DNA of 64,000 nucleotides from a virus (Duplodnaviria; Heunggongvirae; Uroviricota; Caudoviricetes): IMG/VR virus record IMGVR_UViG_3300043399_000371, positions 100,285 to 164,284 of that record; one strand, 5' to 3'. Shown piece by piece: positions 35,278 to 44,148 of this stretch (position 1 is its first letter; each line of letters starts with the position of its first letter). The notes under the pieces were generated by a model. It saw only the letters and a program-made list of their open reading frames with translations, ran no database searches and was not told where the DNA came from. The position numbers and the translations under genes were made by a program.

Positions 35278-36324
35278 TTAGATTTCTGGGTGATGACTTG
35301 GATTTATATGAGTCGGATGATCATATTCTCCATACTCTTCTAGTTTCTTATGATCTGGATGAACCATAACATGATGTATATGATATTTCTTTAAAATAGC
35401 CTTACCATCATTATACTGTCTATCCAATTGTGAATCTTCTAATTCATCATGGTGTTCTGTACCAAGATAAGTCACTCTAGCCCCATGATGTAGTATAACC
35501 TCATTCTCATCGTATTTGGTATGATGAACTGCGCTAAGACCAGCATCAGGTTTTATATGATATCGAACAATATGATGAACCTGTACATCCTGATCATCAT
35601 TTGCCTCAGGATGCCTTATGCCATTATACTTGTCCTGTTTCCTCTCATTATTAGCATAAAGATCAGAGAAATTACTAGCAACTCTCTTGGATGAAGATGT
35701 GCTTGTAAACCCTGCTAAATGATGATCAGAACCTCTTCCAGAATTCATTAACTTCTCACCAATCTCTCTAGGTACAGCACCCCAAGTTTTTATTGGTTTG
35801 ATATTAGTATTCTCGGGTGTAAATGCAGATGATAAATTCTGTACTGCCCTGTGAGTACGTTTAGGATCATGCATATAGACACCAACACTCTTATTCCCCA
35901 ATTTATTTCTCAAGTAACCATTAATATTAGCAGAGGAAGCATAACCAGCATCAGGATCTTTAGAACCAGTAGATGTATAGTGTAGTATAGATCCCTTATG
36001 AATATCGGATAATCCTTCTGGCTTTACATCTGGGTGATCATGAAAATCCGCATCATACCCAGCACCATATCCATTATTTTTACTATTTCTAGGATATTTG
36101 TATGGATCATTAAACTTCTCATCATCTGGATTATAGTAAGGAGGATCAGCAATAGCTTCCTTGATACTTTTCTTACCTCTAATCTCAGCAAATGAAGAAT
36201 CCCATGAGAGTACATCAGGTTTCTTTTTAACTGGTTCACTCCTAATTTCTGCATGAGACGAATCCCAAGAAAGAATACTAGGTTTCTTTTTCTTTTCTTT
36301 AGTATATTGTTTAAACGATTTCAT
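35278..36324 (-). CDS. CTS-bearing ADP-ribosyltransferase-like protein (Alt/Mod-like R-S-E class); candidate injected effector
   Basis: CTS MKSFKQYTKE. Tandem 17-aa repeat KKKPSILSWDSSHAEIR / KKKPDVLSWDSSFAEIR. ART-like STS motif HLAGFTSTSSS and ExE motif YDENEVIL, with upstream Arg candidates. Confidence 0.55.
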   Translation of the reverse strand: MKSFKQYTKEKKKKPSILSWDSSHAEIRSEPVKKKPDVLSWDSSFAEIRGKKSIKEAIADPPYYNPDDEKFNDPYKYPRNSKNNGYGAGYDADFHDHPDVKPEGLSDIHKGSILHYTSTGSKDPDAGYASSANINGYLRNKLGNKSVGVYMHDPKRTHRAVQNLSSAFTPENTNIKPIKTWGAVPREIGEKLMNSGRGSDHHLAGFTSTSSSKRVASNFSDLYANNERKQDKYNGIRHPEANDDQDVQVHHIVRYHIKPDAGLSAVHHTKYDENEVILHHGARVTYLGTEHHDELEDSQLDRQYNDGKAILKKYHIHHVMVHPDHKKLEEYGEYDHPTHINPSHHPEI

Positions 36325-36695
36325 CTAGGTTCCCTATACATTGTTTCAGATATTCTATAATCTTTATTTCTGCCTTTATTATCAACAAACCCATGCCCCC
36401 TATAAAACTTCCTTAATCGATCAACACTAGAGGCACCAAAGTCTTTAGAAGGACTTAGAGCAATTCTTTTACCATGTTTATCCGCATGATCAGTAATAAG
36501 TTTCATTGCAGCAGATCCCTTACCACCACCACGTTCATTCTTATTAACAACAATCTTAGAGACAGTTAGTGTATTAGATGGTTTATGATGATGTATGTAA
36601 TGATCAACACCAAGACCATCCAATTTACTTTTCAATTCTTCAAAGTCTGTATCATGTTCGGTAGACTCTAAAATGAATGAGATAAAGGATTTCAT
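36321..36695 (-). CDS. CTS-bearing small GNAT-like protein; candidate packaged internal protein
   Basis: CTS MKSFISFILE. GNAT motif-A-like VVNKNERGGGKGSAAMKLI. Confidence 0.4.
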   Translation of the reverse strand: MKSFISFILESTEHDTDFEELKSKLDGLGVDHYIHHHKPSNTLTVSKIVVNKNERGGGKGSAAMKLITDHADKHGKRIALSPSKDFGASSVDRLRKFYRGHGFVDNKGRNKDYRISETMYREPR

Positions 36696-36942
36696 TGATT
36701 TTCTTTCTAATTAGTTTTGATAATATTTATGAGAAAGGGTTTTTAAGCGACCTATACCAGAAAAAAATTTTGAAGAGGGTAAATAGCAAAAAAATTTACC
36801 GAAAAAAATTTTGAAAACGACTTTTGGGGAATTAAGAAAAGTATTTAAGTATATCGAGGCAACTATCTTTACATCAGCCCAGTCTTCTTTCCGGAGTCCC
36901 ATTATAGCTGTCTCTGAGCGATTTGTCAAGCTGTATCGGTCA

Positions 36943-37176
36943 ACTGTATCGGAAAAACAACACAAAAGCTATCGGGGGCAAAACACTAACACAAACACAG
37001 ATCCATGTCAATAGCTATAGAAACAACACTAACCTATTGACAATCCTCTGAGACTATGTTAGATGCAGTATAGGGGAAACGTCAGCCAATCCACTAACAT
37101 ATCTATAGAACAATGTCAATAGGTTGCGGATAGGATACGGATAATCCACGGTGACTGTATCGGAAAAACAACACAA
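36943..37176. repeat. 23-nt perfect direct repeat ACTGTATCGGAAAAACAACACAA (36943..36965 and 37154..37176) plus extra CTGTATCGG copy at 36931
   Basis: Exact match, copies 211 nt apart. Confidence 0.8.
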
Positions 37177-37204
37177 GGACAACCCTATTGACAATCCTCT
37201 GAGA
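37032..37204. repeat. 21-nt perfect direct repeat CCTATTGACAATCCTCTGAGA (37032..37052 and 37184..37204); contains TTGACA
   Basis: Exact match, copies 152 nt apart. A third related CTATTGACAAACC occurs at ~37237. Confidence 0.8.
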
Positions 37205-37299
37205 ATATGGTAGGGATGCAGATAAACCACACATACTATTGACAAACCTATAGATATGTGCTAAGGATATGTCAAGCTAATGTGTGAATGTACAAATGA

Positions 37300-37358
37300 G
37301 AATGATTCGTATTCTCGCTTCTGGTTCTGGGAATGATTCTCGCTTCTGGTTCTGGGAT
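37300..37358. repeat. tandem repeat (G)AATGATTC(GTATT)CTCGCTTCTGGTTCTGGGA x2
   Basis: Two adjacent near-identical units, iteron-like. Confidence 0.75.
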
Positions 37359-37599
37359 AGTTCTCGGTTTGTCAAGTGAAATATTATTGTGTGGTATCGA
37401 AGCAACATGAGAGAATATTGTGCGAAATGTTGAAATAATGCTTGACAATATTGTGTTTACTTGATCTACAACAATATTCTCTTACCGTTCAGCCTATTGA
37501 ACAGTCTCCAGTAGTGCGATATAAATACAAACAATTCTCATTTAGATTCCACCTATAGTGTTTCGGATAGTCTCGGACCTTACCTATAGTATCCATCCC

Positions 37600-38270
37600 C
37601 AGCAAAGCATCTAGAAGCCCCTACAATCGATTTTCTGCCTCTACCCTAGTCTACCCCTTTCCCTATGTTCCTGATGCGATCCTAGAGCGTTTTGATGCGT
37701 TCTAGACTATCCTGATGCGGTTCTAGTCTTTCCCTATGAATATTCTCTTATTAATAGTCTCGGTTCTTTGGATATTAAAAAACCCGGATTATCTCACCGG
37801 GTTTATATATTACTGACTGATTATATTCTCTTATTCCTTACTCAACAATTCCATATAATGTTCCCAGCGTGATTTTGCGAGTTGAAAAATCGGCTCCATT
37901 TCAATTTCCATGAGTTGCAATTCACCCGACATAATCACATATTTTTTATTGTCGGTGATCTTACCCGAATCCAATTGTTTCCGAAGCTTGACTACTTTCC
38001 GATTCAGTTTATCAGCAGCATCCTCGGCTTGTTTCCAAAGTGCATGGGCATTTTCTTTGCGTTCATTGTTGGTGAAATACATGGTGCCGATTCCTATTAA
38101 GCGTTGACAAGTCCCGATTGTAGCACCATCAGGGAAACGTATGCAAGCGAAAAGTGATGACCCAGCAAAGCCCCTAGAATCGATTCCTTGTGATCACTTG
38201 GTCCTACCCTACCAGTCATCCCCTAGAATCGATCCTGCGCTTTCCTGATCGATTCTAGGGGCATCAGCGA
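37600..38270. repeat. dispersed short repeats CCCCTAGAATCGAT (x3, one inverted) and CTGATGCG(a/g)T(c/t)CTAGA(g/c)
   Basis: CCCCTAGAATCGAT at ~38174, ~38222 and inverted at ~38248. GATGCGATCCTAGAGCG / GATGCGTTCTAGACTA / GATGCGGTTCTAGTC at 37670..37730. Confidence 0.6.
37831..38082 (-). CDS. hypothetical coiled-coil protein embedded in the repeat region
   Basis: 83-aa ORF. Possible -10 TATAAT at ~37846. Confidence 0.35.
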   Translation of the reverse strand: MYFTNNERKENAHALWKQAEDAADKLNRKVVKLRKQLDSGKITDNKKYVIMSGELQLMEIEMEPIFQLAKSRWEHYMELLSKE

Positions 38271-38273
38271 ACC

Positions 38274-39449
38274 TTAGGCGATACGGGCGCGAGGATTGAA
38301 GTAGTTCACCATCTTGCCGACATAGGGCGACTTGGCAAACGATTCAACTTCTTGACCCTTAATCGTCCCGGAGATAGTGATTTGAGATCCGGCGTCGAAC
38401 CCATTATTAGTGGTGAACAGCTTGACGATTTTATTATCCCCGGTCCGAATGGTATAGATCGACTTCATTCCGAAATCATTTTCATAGCGGTGAACATTGA
38501 TAATCGTCCCCGGAACCTTGACCTTAGTTCCCGGCGCAGCAATCGGTTCCTCATTGATCGATTCTGAAGCGGTAGCACGGGCAGCGACTTCATCCCTTTC
38601 ACGCATAAACATCATCATAGCAGCAGCAAGATACCCGAATGCGTTTTCGGTGATGAATTCCGAGCCAGCAAAGGCGGCAGCATTAAGATTGAATTCCGAG
38701 CCAGTACGGGCGGAAATCCAAGCTTGAGCGGCAGCAGCAGCGTCCCGATCCGAATCCTCTACCGTGATTCGATCATCATCCCGCTTGGACCAATAGTGAT
38801 TCCCGATCATCACTTTAGTGGGGAAATCGGCGTCAGCTTTGCGATACCCGTATTGGCGAATCGCGGCGTGAGCGACGGCGAGGAAATTCAGAGTCTCCAC
38901 GCTCCACACAATCCGGCCCCCGCGACCGATATCCTCTTCATCGATATCCGAATAGTCTTTGATGTTGAATCCGGCGAGCAGCGAACAATACTGAGCGATT
39001 GCCTCAGGGTTATGATGACCGAGAAAATCCTTGAGGCAGGACCGACCGACTTGTTTGAACTCCCCGTCTTTGGCGACGATAAACGTGTCTTTGCGGAACC
39101 GATTGATACCACAATGATCGCAATGCTCAGGATTCGCATCACGGTAGTATGCGGGAATCGTGGCACCCGGAACCGACTTCAGAAGAACGGCACCCGTATC
39201 TTCCACTCGGGAGATGGTGCCGACGAATTCCCATCCGGCCAGTTTGGGCGCGGACCCGGAAACCGTCGCTTCGATATGATCGCAGAACATATCCTCACCA
39301 AACCCGTTGCGACCGATCTTGATAACCTTGGACGCGCCGAAAATCAACGTCGGAGCATCACAACCCAGCTTCGCGGCACGGGCGGCAAGCTTGGCGATTT
39401 CAGCCGTGAGTTCGTCTTTGCGGTAGCAGGGGATCAGAGTGGTGATCAT
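38274..39449 (-). CDS. hypothetical protein (first gene of GC-richer island)
   Basis: 391 aa. HCDHCG possible metal site. High-GC codon usage unlike the flanking phage genes. Confidence 0.55.
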   Translation of the reverse strand: MITTLIPCYRKDELTAEIAKLAARAAKLGCDAPTLIFGASKVIKIGRNGFGEDMFCDHIEATVSGSAPKLAGWEFVGTISRVEDTGAVLLKSVPGATIPAYYRDANPEHCDHCGINRFRKDTFIVAKDGEFKQVGRSCLKDFLGHHNPEAIAQYCSLLAGFNIKDYSDIDEEDIGRGGRIVWSVETLNFLAVAHAAIRQYGYRKADADFPTKVMIGNHYWSKRDDDRITVEDSDRDAAAAAQAWISARTGSEFNLNAAAFAGSEFITENAFGYLAAAMMMFMRERDEVAARATASESINEEPIAAPGTKVKVPGTIINVHRYENDFGMKSIYTIRTGDNKIVKLFTTNNGFDAGSQITISGTIKGQEVESFAKSPYVGKMVNYFNPRARIA

Positions 39450-39484
39450 GGTGCCGAGTCCTAGTGCGTTGTGGTGAGCCTAGA

Positions 39485-39751
39485 TTAGAGAAAATCGACT
39501 GCGGCGTCGGCGACTTCCCATCCGTCCCGCGCGTCCCCGGAAACATCCTCCGAATCCGATTCGGGATCGTCTTCAGGGATGACACCGAGAAGGATCGCAA
39601 CCTCATCCACCGAGAAGATCCCAAGATCTTTGAATTCCTTGAACGTCTCCACGGTGAAACCCGCGTCGAAAACGGCCTTGATCGTCGCAACATCCGCGCT
39701 AGGATCAATGAATTGGAAAAGCTTTTGAACTTGCTGAGTCGCGTTGATCAT
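39485..39751 (-). CDS. small acidic hypothetical protein
   Basis: Promoter TTGACA-N17/18-TAGAAT at ~39790..39825. RBS aggaat. Confidence 0.5.
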   Translation of the reverse strand: MINATQQVQKLFQFIDPSADVATIKAVFDAGFTVETFKEFKDLGIFSVDEVAILLGVIPEDDPESDSEDVSGDARDGWEVADAAVDFL

Positions 39752-39817
39752 GATGCTGATTCCTAAGTGAGTTGCGAGGATTAAATTCTAATCCGGATCG
39801 ATCCGGGTTGTCAACTA

Positions 39818-39982
39818 CTAAATTTCCCTGATGCTCACCAACTCCAGTCCCGGAAAAATCATGGCGAACATATCAGAAGCTTCCGATTCCGACTCAGCAA
39901 AAACGTTATAGTCAAAAGTCCACGCCGAGTCTTCGATCATACGGTCAACCAAATCTTTGCCAACCATTGCGAACAGTTTCAT
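39818..39982 (-). CDS. small protein (54 aa), not in ORF track
   Basis: Downstream of the promoter at 40017..40045. Translates to MKLFAMVGKDLVDRMIEDSAW... Confidence 0.35.
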   Translation of the reverse strand: MKLFAMVGKDLVDRMIEDSAWTFDYNVFAESESEASDMFAMIFPGLELVSIREI

Positions 39983-40016
39983 GATCAACCCTATCAAAAG
40001 TAGCAGCGAAGACTAG

Positions 40017-40045
40017 ATTCTAGGGGAATTCGGGAGCCTTGTCAA
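40017..40045 (-). promoter_or_regulatory. sigma70-like early promoter TTGACA-N17-TAGAAT (first of ~19 such units in 39.8-52.2 kb)
   Basis: Minus-sense ggagTTGACAaggctcccgaattccccTAGAATctag. Confidence 0.6.
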
Positions 40046-40059
40046 CTCCCCTTTTCACC

Positions 40060-40386
40060 TTAACCGTAGAGTGCCTGACGCCAGCGACGGGCAGTCTTCA
40101 TGGGGTCCAATCCGAATGCCGCGCAAGCTTGATCCGCATACTGATCCCCGACTGCCTTAAGTGCGCGGAAAGCTTCCCGATCCCCATCCTTGTAAGAGTG
40201 ATCCGCCCAATTTGCGATATCGAACTCGCAAACACAAGGCATGGTAGGATCGATCCCGGAGTGGAACCGAGCCATACGCCAAACATACGCGGCAAACCCG
40301 TCTTTGGGTTTCGCGGTACGAAGACCCTTGCGACCCTTGAGTTGCGCGAGAACCGTGTCGAAGGAAGGCGCGATATAGTTTGCCAT
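40060..40386 (-). CDS. hypothetical protein
   Basis: Promoter at ~40415..40447. Initiation region AAGGATGATGATCATGG. Confidence 0.5.
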   Translation of the reverse strand: MANYIAPSFDTVLAQLKGRKGLRTAKPKDGFAAYVWRMARFHSGIDPTMPCVCEFDIANWADHSYKDGDREAFRALKAVGDQYADQACAAFGLDPMKTARRWRQALYG

Positions 40387-40445
40387 GATCATCATCCTTG
40401 TTTGTGGTATCGAAGGCTAGATTCTGAACTAATTCCGGGATCGTG

Positions 40446-40730
40446 TCAAGCTTTATTTTCGTAAGCTTCCACCCAAGCTTTCCCATACTCATTATCGGAC
40501 CAATTGGAAACCGATTCCTCAGGGTTCAGCGAAGGGATGATCGACGCCCAAAGGATCTTTTCCCCGGCAGAATTCCTGACGCGAATTTCAGCCTCTTCCA
40601 CGCCTTCAATCACCCCTTTGATCGCATTGTAAGATGAGGATTTGGAAACCGCCCATTCCTCACCATCCCAAACACTAATGGTGCAGTCTTTGGCAAGAAA
40701 GAACTTGATCAGATGCAGGTAGGCTTTCAT
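40446..40730 (-). CDS. hypothetical protein
   Basis: Promoter at ~40765..40797. Confidence 0.5.
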   Translation of the reverse strand: MKAYLHLIKFFLAKDCTISVWDGEEWAVSKSSSYNAIKGVIEGVEEAEIRVRNSAGEKILWASIIPSLNPEESVSNWSDNEYGKAWVEAYENKA

Positions 40731-40801
40731 GGTGCTGGACCTGAGTGAGTTGCGAGGATTGAATTCTAACCCGGATCTTTCTGGGTTGTCAACTACTATT
40801 T

Positions 40802-41002
40802 TCAGCGACTGTAGTGAACGGGACGCTCGTAGAATCCACGCTCATCACGGTAGATGCTAACGTGCCGACCATAGCGCGAACCATCCTGCCAAGTGTAGGA
40901 CCGATTCTCCCCACGCTGAATCCCGGACCAGCAGCAATCCCAAGATTCCAGCAGGTTCTCAGCTTCAAGTGCCGCGTTCAGAGTGGGGAACCAATTTTGC
41001 AT
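40802..41002 (-). CDS. hypothetical Trp/Arg-rich small protein
   Basis: Promoter at ~41040..41070. Confidence 0.45.
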   Translation of the reverse strand: MQNWFPTLNAALEAENLLESWDCCWSGIQRGENRSYTWQDGSRYGRHVSIYRDERGFYERPVHYSR

Positions 41003-41059
41003 CTTACTCTCCGGTGATCGTTGCGAGGATCAAACTATAACACACAATTTTCGGGATTG

Positions 41060-41317
41060 TCAACGGGACATTGGAAGACTGATGCGACGAAAATTCTCCC
41101 CGGTCAAGCGTTGCAAAGTCTCCCCGATCCGATTGTAATCCGCGACATCCTGACGGAGCCTGTGCAGCGCACCGGGACCAGCATCCCCAAACATTGCGAT
41201 TTCATTGCGAGCCTCTGCAATTCGTTCCATGAGGCATTCTGCACCCTCACCGAAAATGACCTCATAAGCGTAAGCAATAAACTCATCACGCGACATCGAT
41301 TGGCCCATGATCATCAT
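41060..41317 (-). CDS. hypothetical protein
   Basis: Initiation region AAGGATGATGATCATGG. Confidence 0.5.
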   Translation of the reverse strand: MMIMGQSMSRDEFIAYAYEVIFGEGAECLMERIAEARNEIAMFGDAGPGALHRLRQDVADYNRIGETLQRLTGENFRRISLPMSR

Positions 41318-41319
41318 CC

Positions 41320-41652
41320 TTAGAATTGAAAATAAACTATGGTATTTTCAGAAGTCAAGCCAGCAAAACCATAACCATTTTCGTCAATATATTCCCGAAC
41401 GCGATCAACTTTTTCTTCATCAGTTTCGCAATCAGAAATATCGATGTCATAATTATTTGCGATTTCATCCGCATTTTCCTCGGCATAATCGCAGCAAAGG
41501 GCGATAACGTCAAGTTCAATTTCCTCATCGATATCCTCTTCAAGTTGTTGAATATAATCGAAGAGAAGCCGAAGACCATCAGAAGAAAAATTGTCGGGAC
41601 GAATAGCCTTGAACGCGTCATGGAACTGAGAGAAATTGACCGTCGTTTTCAT
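41320..41652 (-). CDS. highly acidic small protein (possible DNA-mimic/antirestriction type)
   Basis: Promoter at ~41690..41722. Asp/Glu-rich. Confidence 0.45.
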   Translation of the reverse strand: MKTTVNFSQFHDAFKAIRPDNFSSDGLRLLFDYIQQLEEDIDEEIELDVIALCCDYAEENADEIANNYDIDISDCETDEEKVDRVREYIDENGYGFAGLTSENTIVYFQF

Positions 41653-41748
41653 TTTACGTTCTGCCTTGTTTGTTTGACTGAATACTAGATTGTAGGGGAA
41701 CTTTTCGGGATTGTCAACTACTATTTTTTGTTGTATTTTTACAACAGT

Positions 41749-42141
41749 TTAGTAATCGTCAGAAACTGCTTGACAAGTGCCATCTTCATGGATACTGATT
41801 AGCTTTTCTCCCGTGCTACCATAGTACGCAATCCATACCGGAGTGTTCTCGTCCATTACAAATTCTCCCCCTTTGTAACCCTCAAAGGTTTTTCCTAGAA
41901 TGGATTTGCACTCTTCCAGTAGTTCCCATGCTGGCCTACTTCCGCCGACCAATTCCTCAAAAGCAAGATCGGAATAGTATCCGCGATAAGAATGGGGAGA
42001 ATATAGACCAATGACCGGAGAATTAGGATCAAAACCCTCAAGAGTTTTAATAAGCTTTCCGAGTGTCATTTGTTTTTTTGCCCGTTCCCTTTTCAACATC
42101 TCGGAAAGAACGTCAAACATATCTTGAATATCGATTTTCAT
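41749..42141 (-). CDS. hypothetical protein
   Basis: 130-aa ORF followed by the palindrome TTGTTGTATTTTTACAACA. Confidence 0.5.
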   Translation of the reverse strand: MKIDIQDMFDVLSEMLKRERAKKQMTLGKLIKTLEGFDPNSPVIGLYSPHSYRGYYSDLAFEELVGGSRPAWELLEECKSILGKTFEGYKGGEFVMDENTPVWIAYYGSTGEKLISIHEDGTCQAVSDDY

Positions 42142-42154
42142 TTTTGTTTTCCCT

Positions 42155-42340
42155 TTATTTTGAGAGAACTCTTAAACAATAAAAAAATGAGTTAGTAGCG
42201 CGGCATTCATCCCATACACTAACCGTCCACCAAATTGACAAACTAAACAATACGAAAAGAAAAGCGATTACTGCAACCGGAGGGGCGATGAATTTAATAT
42301 CACCCCAAAAGTTTTTGATTCGTTTAGTGAAAATTTCCAT
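42155..42340 (-). CDS. small membrane protein (61 aa; internal start of track ORF 42155..42433)
   Basis: Starts 5 nt after the upstream stop. Hydrophobic. Confidence 0.35.
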   Translation of the reverse strand: MEIFTKRIKNFWGDIKFIAPPVAVIAFLFVLFSLSIWWTVSVWDECRATNSFFYCLRVLSK

Positions 42341-42344
42341 GTTT

Positions 42345-42632
42345 TTATTCCACACAATCAATCGGAACCCTGCGCGGCGAAGTAACCCAGCAATGATCCT
42401 GACGCATATCCCCGTCCAACCAAAAGATCGCATTCAGTTCAGACATGGTGAAATTGTCAACGTCGTCCACCTTGATCGGATCGCAGAATCGATTCCCGCT
42501 TTTGAGATGAATCAATGCGACCTTGAAAGGCATGACTTGAGCGATGATGTATTCCTCTTCACCCGTGCCATCCTGACGCAACCAAACACGCCGACCGATA
42601 CCAACATTCGATTTCAGTTCCATCTTATTCAC
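42345..42632 (-). CDS. hypothetical protein
   Basis: Promoter at ~42665..42697. Confidence 0.5.
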   Translation of the reverse strand: MNKMELKSNVGIGRRVWLRQDGTGEEEYIIAQVMPFKVALIHLKSGNRFCDPIKVDDVDNFTMSELNAIFWLDGDMRQDHCWVTSPRRVPIDCVE

Positions 42633-43102
42633 TCCGTTGTGTTACTGAAGACTTGATTATGAAGGAATTCTGCTACCTTGTCAACAACTATTTGATGTCG
42701 TTTTTTTTGCCACTCTCGGATCATCATGCTCTTGACTTTGAGATTTGGTTGTCTGAACACTCCGGTATCCTGAAGACCCATCATCACCCCGACTTCAGCG
42801 ACGGCACCGGATCGACAAACCCCAGCATGACAATGTACCACAACATTCATACGGTTGTCAATGGCATGGTGCAGAAGCTTGACAAGTTCCCGTGCTTGTG
42901 GTTCAGTAATCGCCCACTCATGGTCTTCTTCGATATCAAGGAATCGGAATTTAAAGACTTGACTGAACTCGCAACGTGGAGTAGGGAATTCCATATCAGG
43001 ATCGACAATCTGAATCAACATGGAATTGGGACCAGCATCAAAATGGAAACCCTTTTCGATATTGGCAAGAGACACATTTTCAATCCATCCCATGATCATC
43101 AT
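42629..43102 (-). CDS. dual-specificity/protein-tyrosine phosphatase (CX5R)
   Basis: VVHCHAGVCRSGAV. Promoter at ~43125..43157. Confidence 0.65.
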   Translation of the reverse strand: MMIMGWIENVSLANIEKGFHFDAGPNSMLIQIVDPDMEFPTPRCEFSQVFKFRFLDIEEDHEWAITEPQARELVKLLHHAIDNRMNVVVHCHAGVCRSGAVAEVGVMMGLQDTGVFRQPNLKVKSMMIREWQKKRHQIVVDKVAEFLHNQVFSNTTE

Positions 43103-43154
43103 CCTTTGTTCAGTTAAGGATGCCAGTCTATCATGATCAGCATCCCCGTGTCAA

Positions 43155-44006
43155 CTAGATTTCGATTGTCTTCAGTTCAAAACGATTGGCGCATTCCTCA
43201 TAACCAATATAACCGCGAGGATTGGCTACGATTCTAGTTTCCCCAATCATATAATCGAATGGTTCATGCGTATGCCCATGAGTCCAAAGTTTAATTCTAG
43301 GATTATTCAGAATAAACTCTGATAGATCGCTAGAATATCCACCATTGATTAAATAGTCATCCTGATATCTCGGATGCGTACTTTGTTTTGATGGTGCATG
43401 ATGACCAACAATTACAACCTTTTGATCGGGCTTTTGAAAATGCAGAGTTTGTTCGATATATTCTAGGCTTTGTTTATGACGATCAACGGTATTCTGTGGT
43501 GAAATGCGCCGATACCCATTTTGATCGTCTTTGATTTTCCTGTAGTCATTCATATAATCGGAAAGACTTCTCATTGTGTGCCAGTCTTCCTTATTACAAT
43601 CCGTCCAAAGAGTACACCCAATGAAAAGAAAATCACCAATCAGTTTATTGTCTCTCTCCATGAAATACACGTTTTTGTATTTAATGCATTCTTCCCGGAG
43701 TTGTGTAATAGTACCGTGCCATTCACCATCATAAAACTCGTGGTTTCCTGCAATATAGATTACATGGGGAAACCTTTCTGATACGTCTTTAAAGAACTGT
43801 CGATATTCTTTTGCTGCCCTTTGTTTTGCAGATAATTGATTCATACTGACAGAAGAATATGGGGATGTTGGGATATCCAATTCTTCTTTCAAATGATCAG
43901 CTACTAGAATATCTCCACTCAGAATTAGAACATCAGCACCATCATCATTATATAAATTGATGGGTCCAAATTCGCAATGTAAATCCGAACAAATTGATAC
44001 TTTCAT
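43155..44006 (-). CDS. calcineurin-like metallophosphoesterase
   Basis: DLH...GD...GNHE...GHHAP...GHTH motifs. Confidence 0.7.
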   Translation of the reverse strand: MKVSICSDLHCEFGPINLYNDDGADVLILSGDILVADHLKEELDIPTSPYSSVSMNQLSAKQRAAKEYRQFFKDVSERFPHVIYIAGNHEFYDGEWHGTITQLREECIKYKNVYFMERDNKLIGDFLFIGCTLWTDCNKEDWHTMRSLSDYMNDYRKIKDDQNGYRRISPQNTVDRHKQSLEYIEQTLHFQKPDQKVVIVGHHAPSKQSTHPRYQDDYLINGGYSSDLSEFILNNPRIKLWTHGHTHEPFDYMIGETRIVANPRGYIGYEECANRFELKTIEI

Positions 44007-44010
44007 TTTA

Positions 44011-44136
44011 TTATCCTTCGCTACGTTTATTGATGCGCTTTGGTTTATTCATTTTTTTATATCGAAGAAGATCATCACGGTCCCGATATTTGTTTTCTTT
44101 GGTACGCTTGATCTTTTCAAAGTAATCGCGGTTCAT
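44011..44136 (-). CDS. small basic protein (41 aa), not in ORF track
   Basis: RBS aggaaataaa-ATG. MNRDYFEKIKRTKENKYRDRDD... Confidence 0.4.
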   Translation of the reverse strand: MNRDYFEKIKRTKENKYRDRDDLLRYKKMNKPKRINKRSEG

Positions 44137-44148
44137 TTTATTTCCTAA

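Larger units (their letters stand above)
36700..38270. other. ~1.5-kb repeat-dense noncoding region (candidate origin/regulatory hub) with multiple promoter-like TTGACA elements
   Basis: Only one small ORF in 1.5 kb. At least five distinct repeat families (listed separately). Confidence 0.6.
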
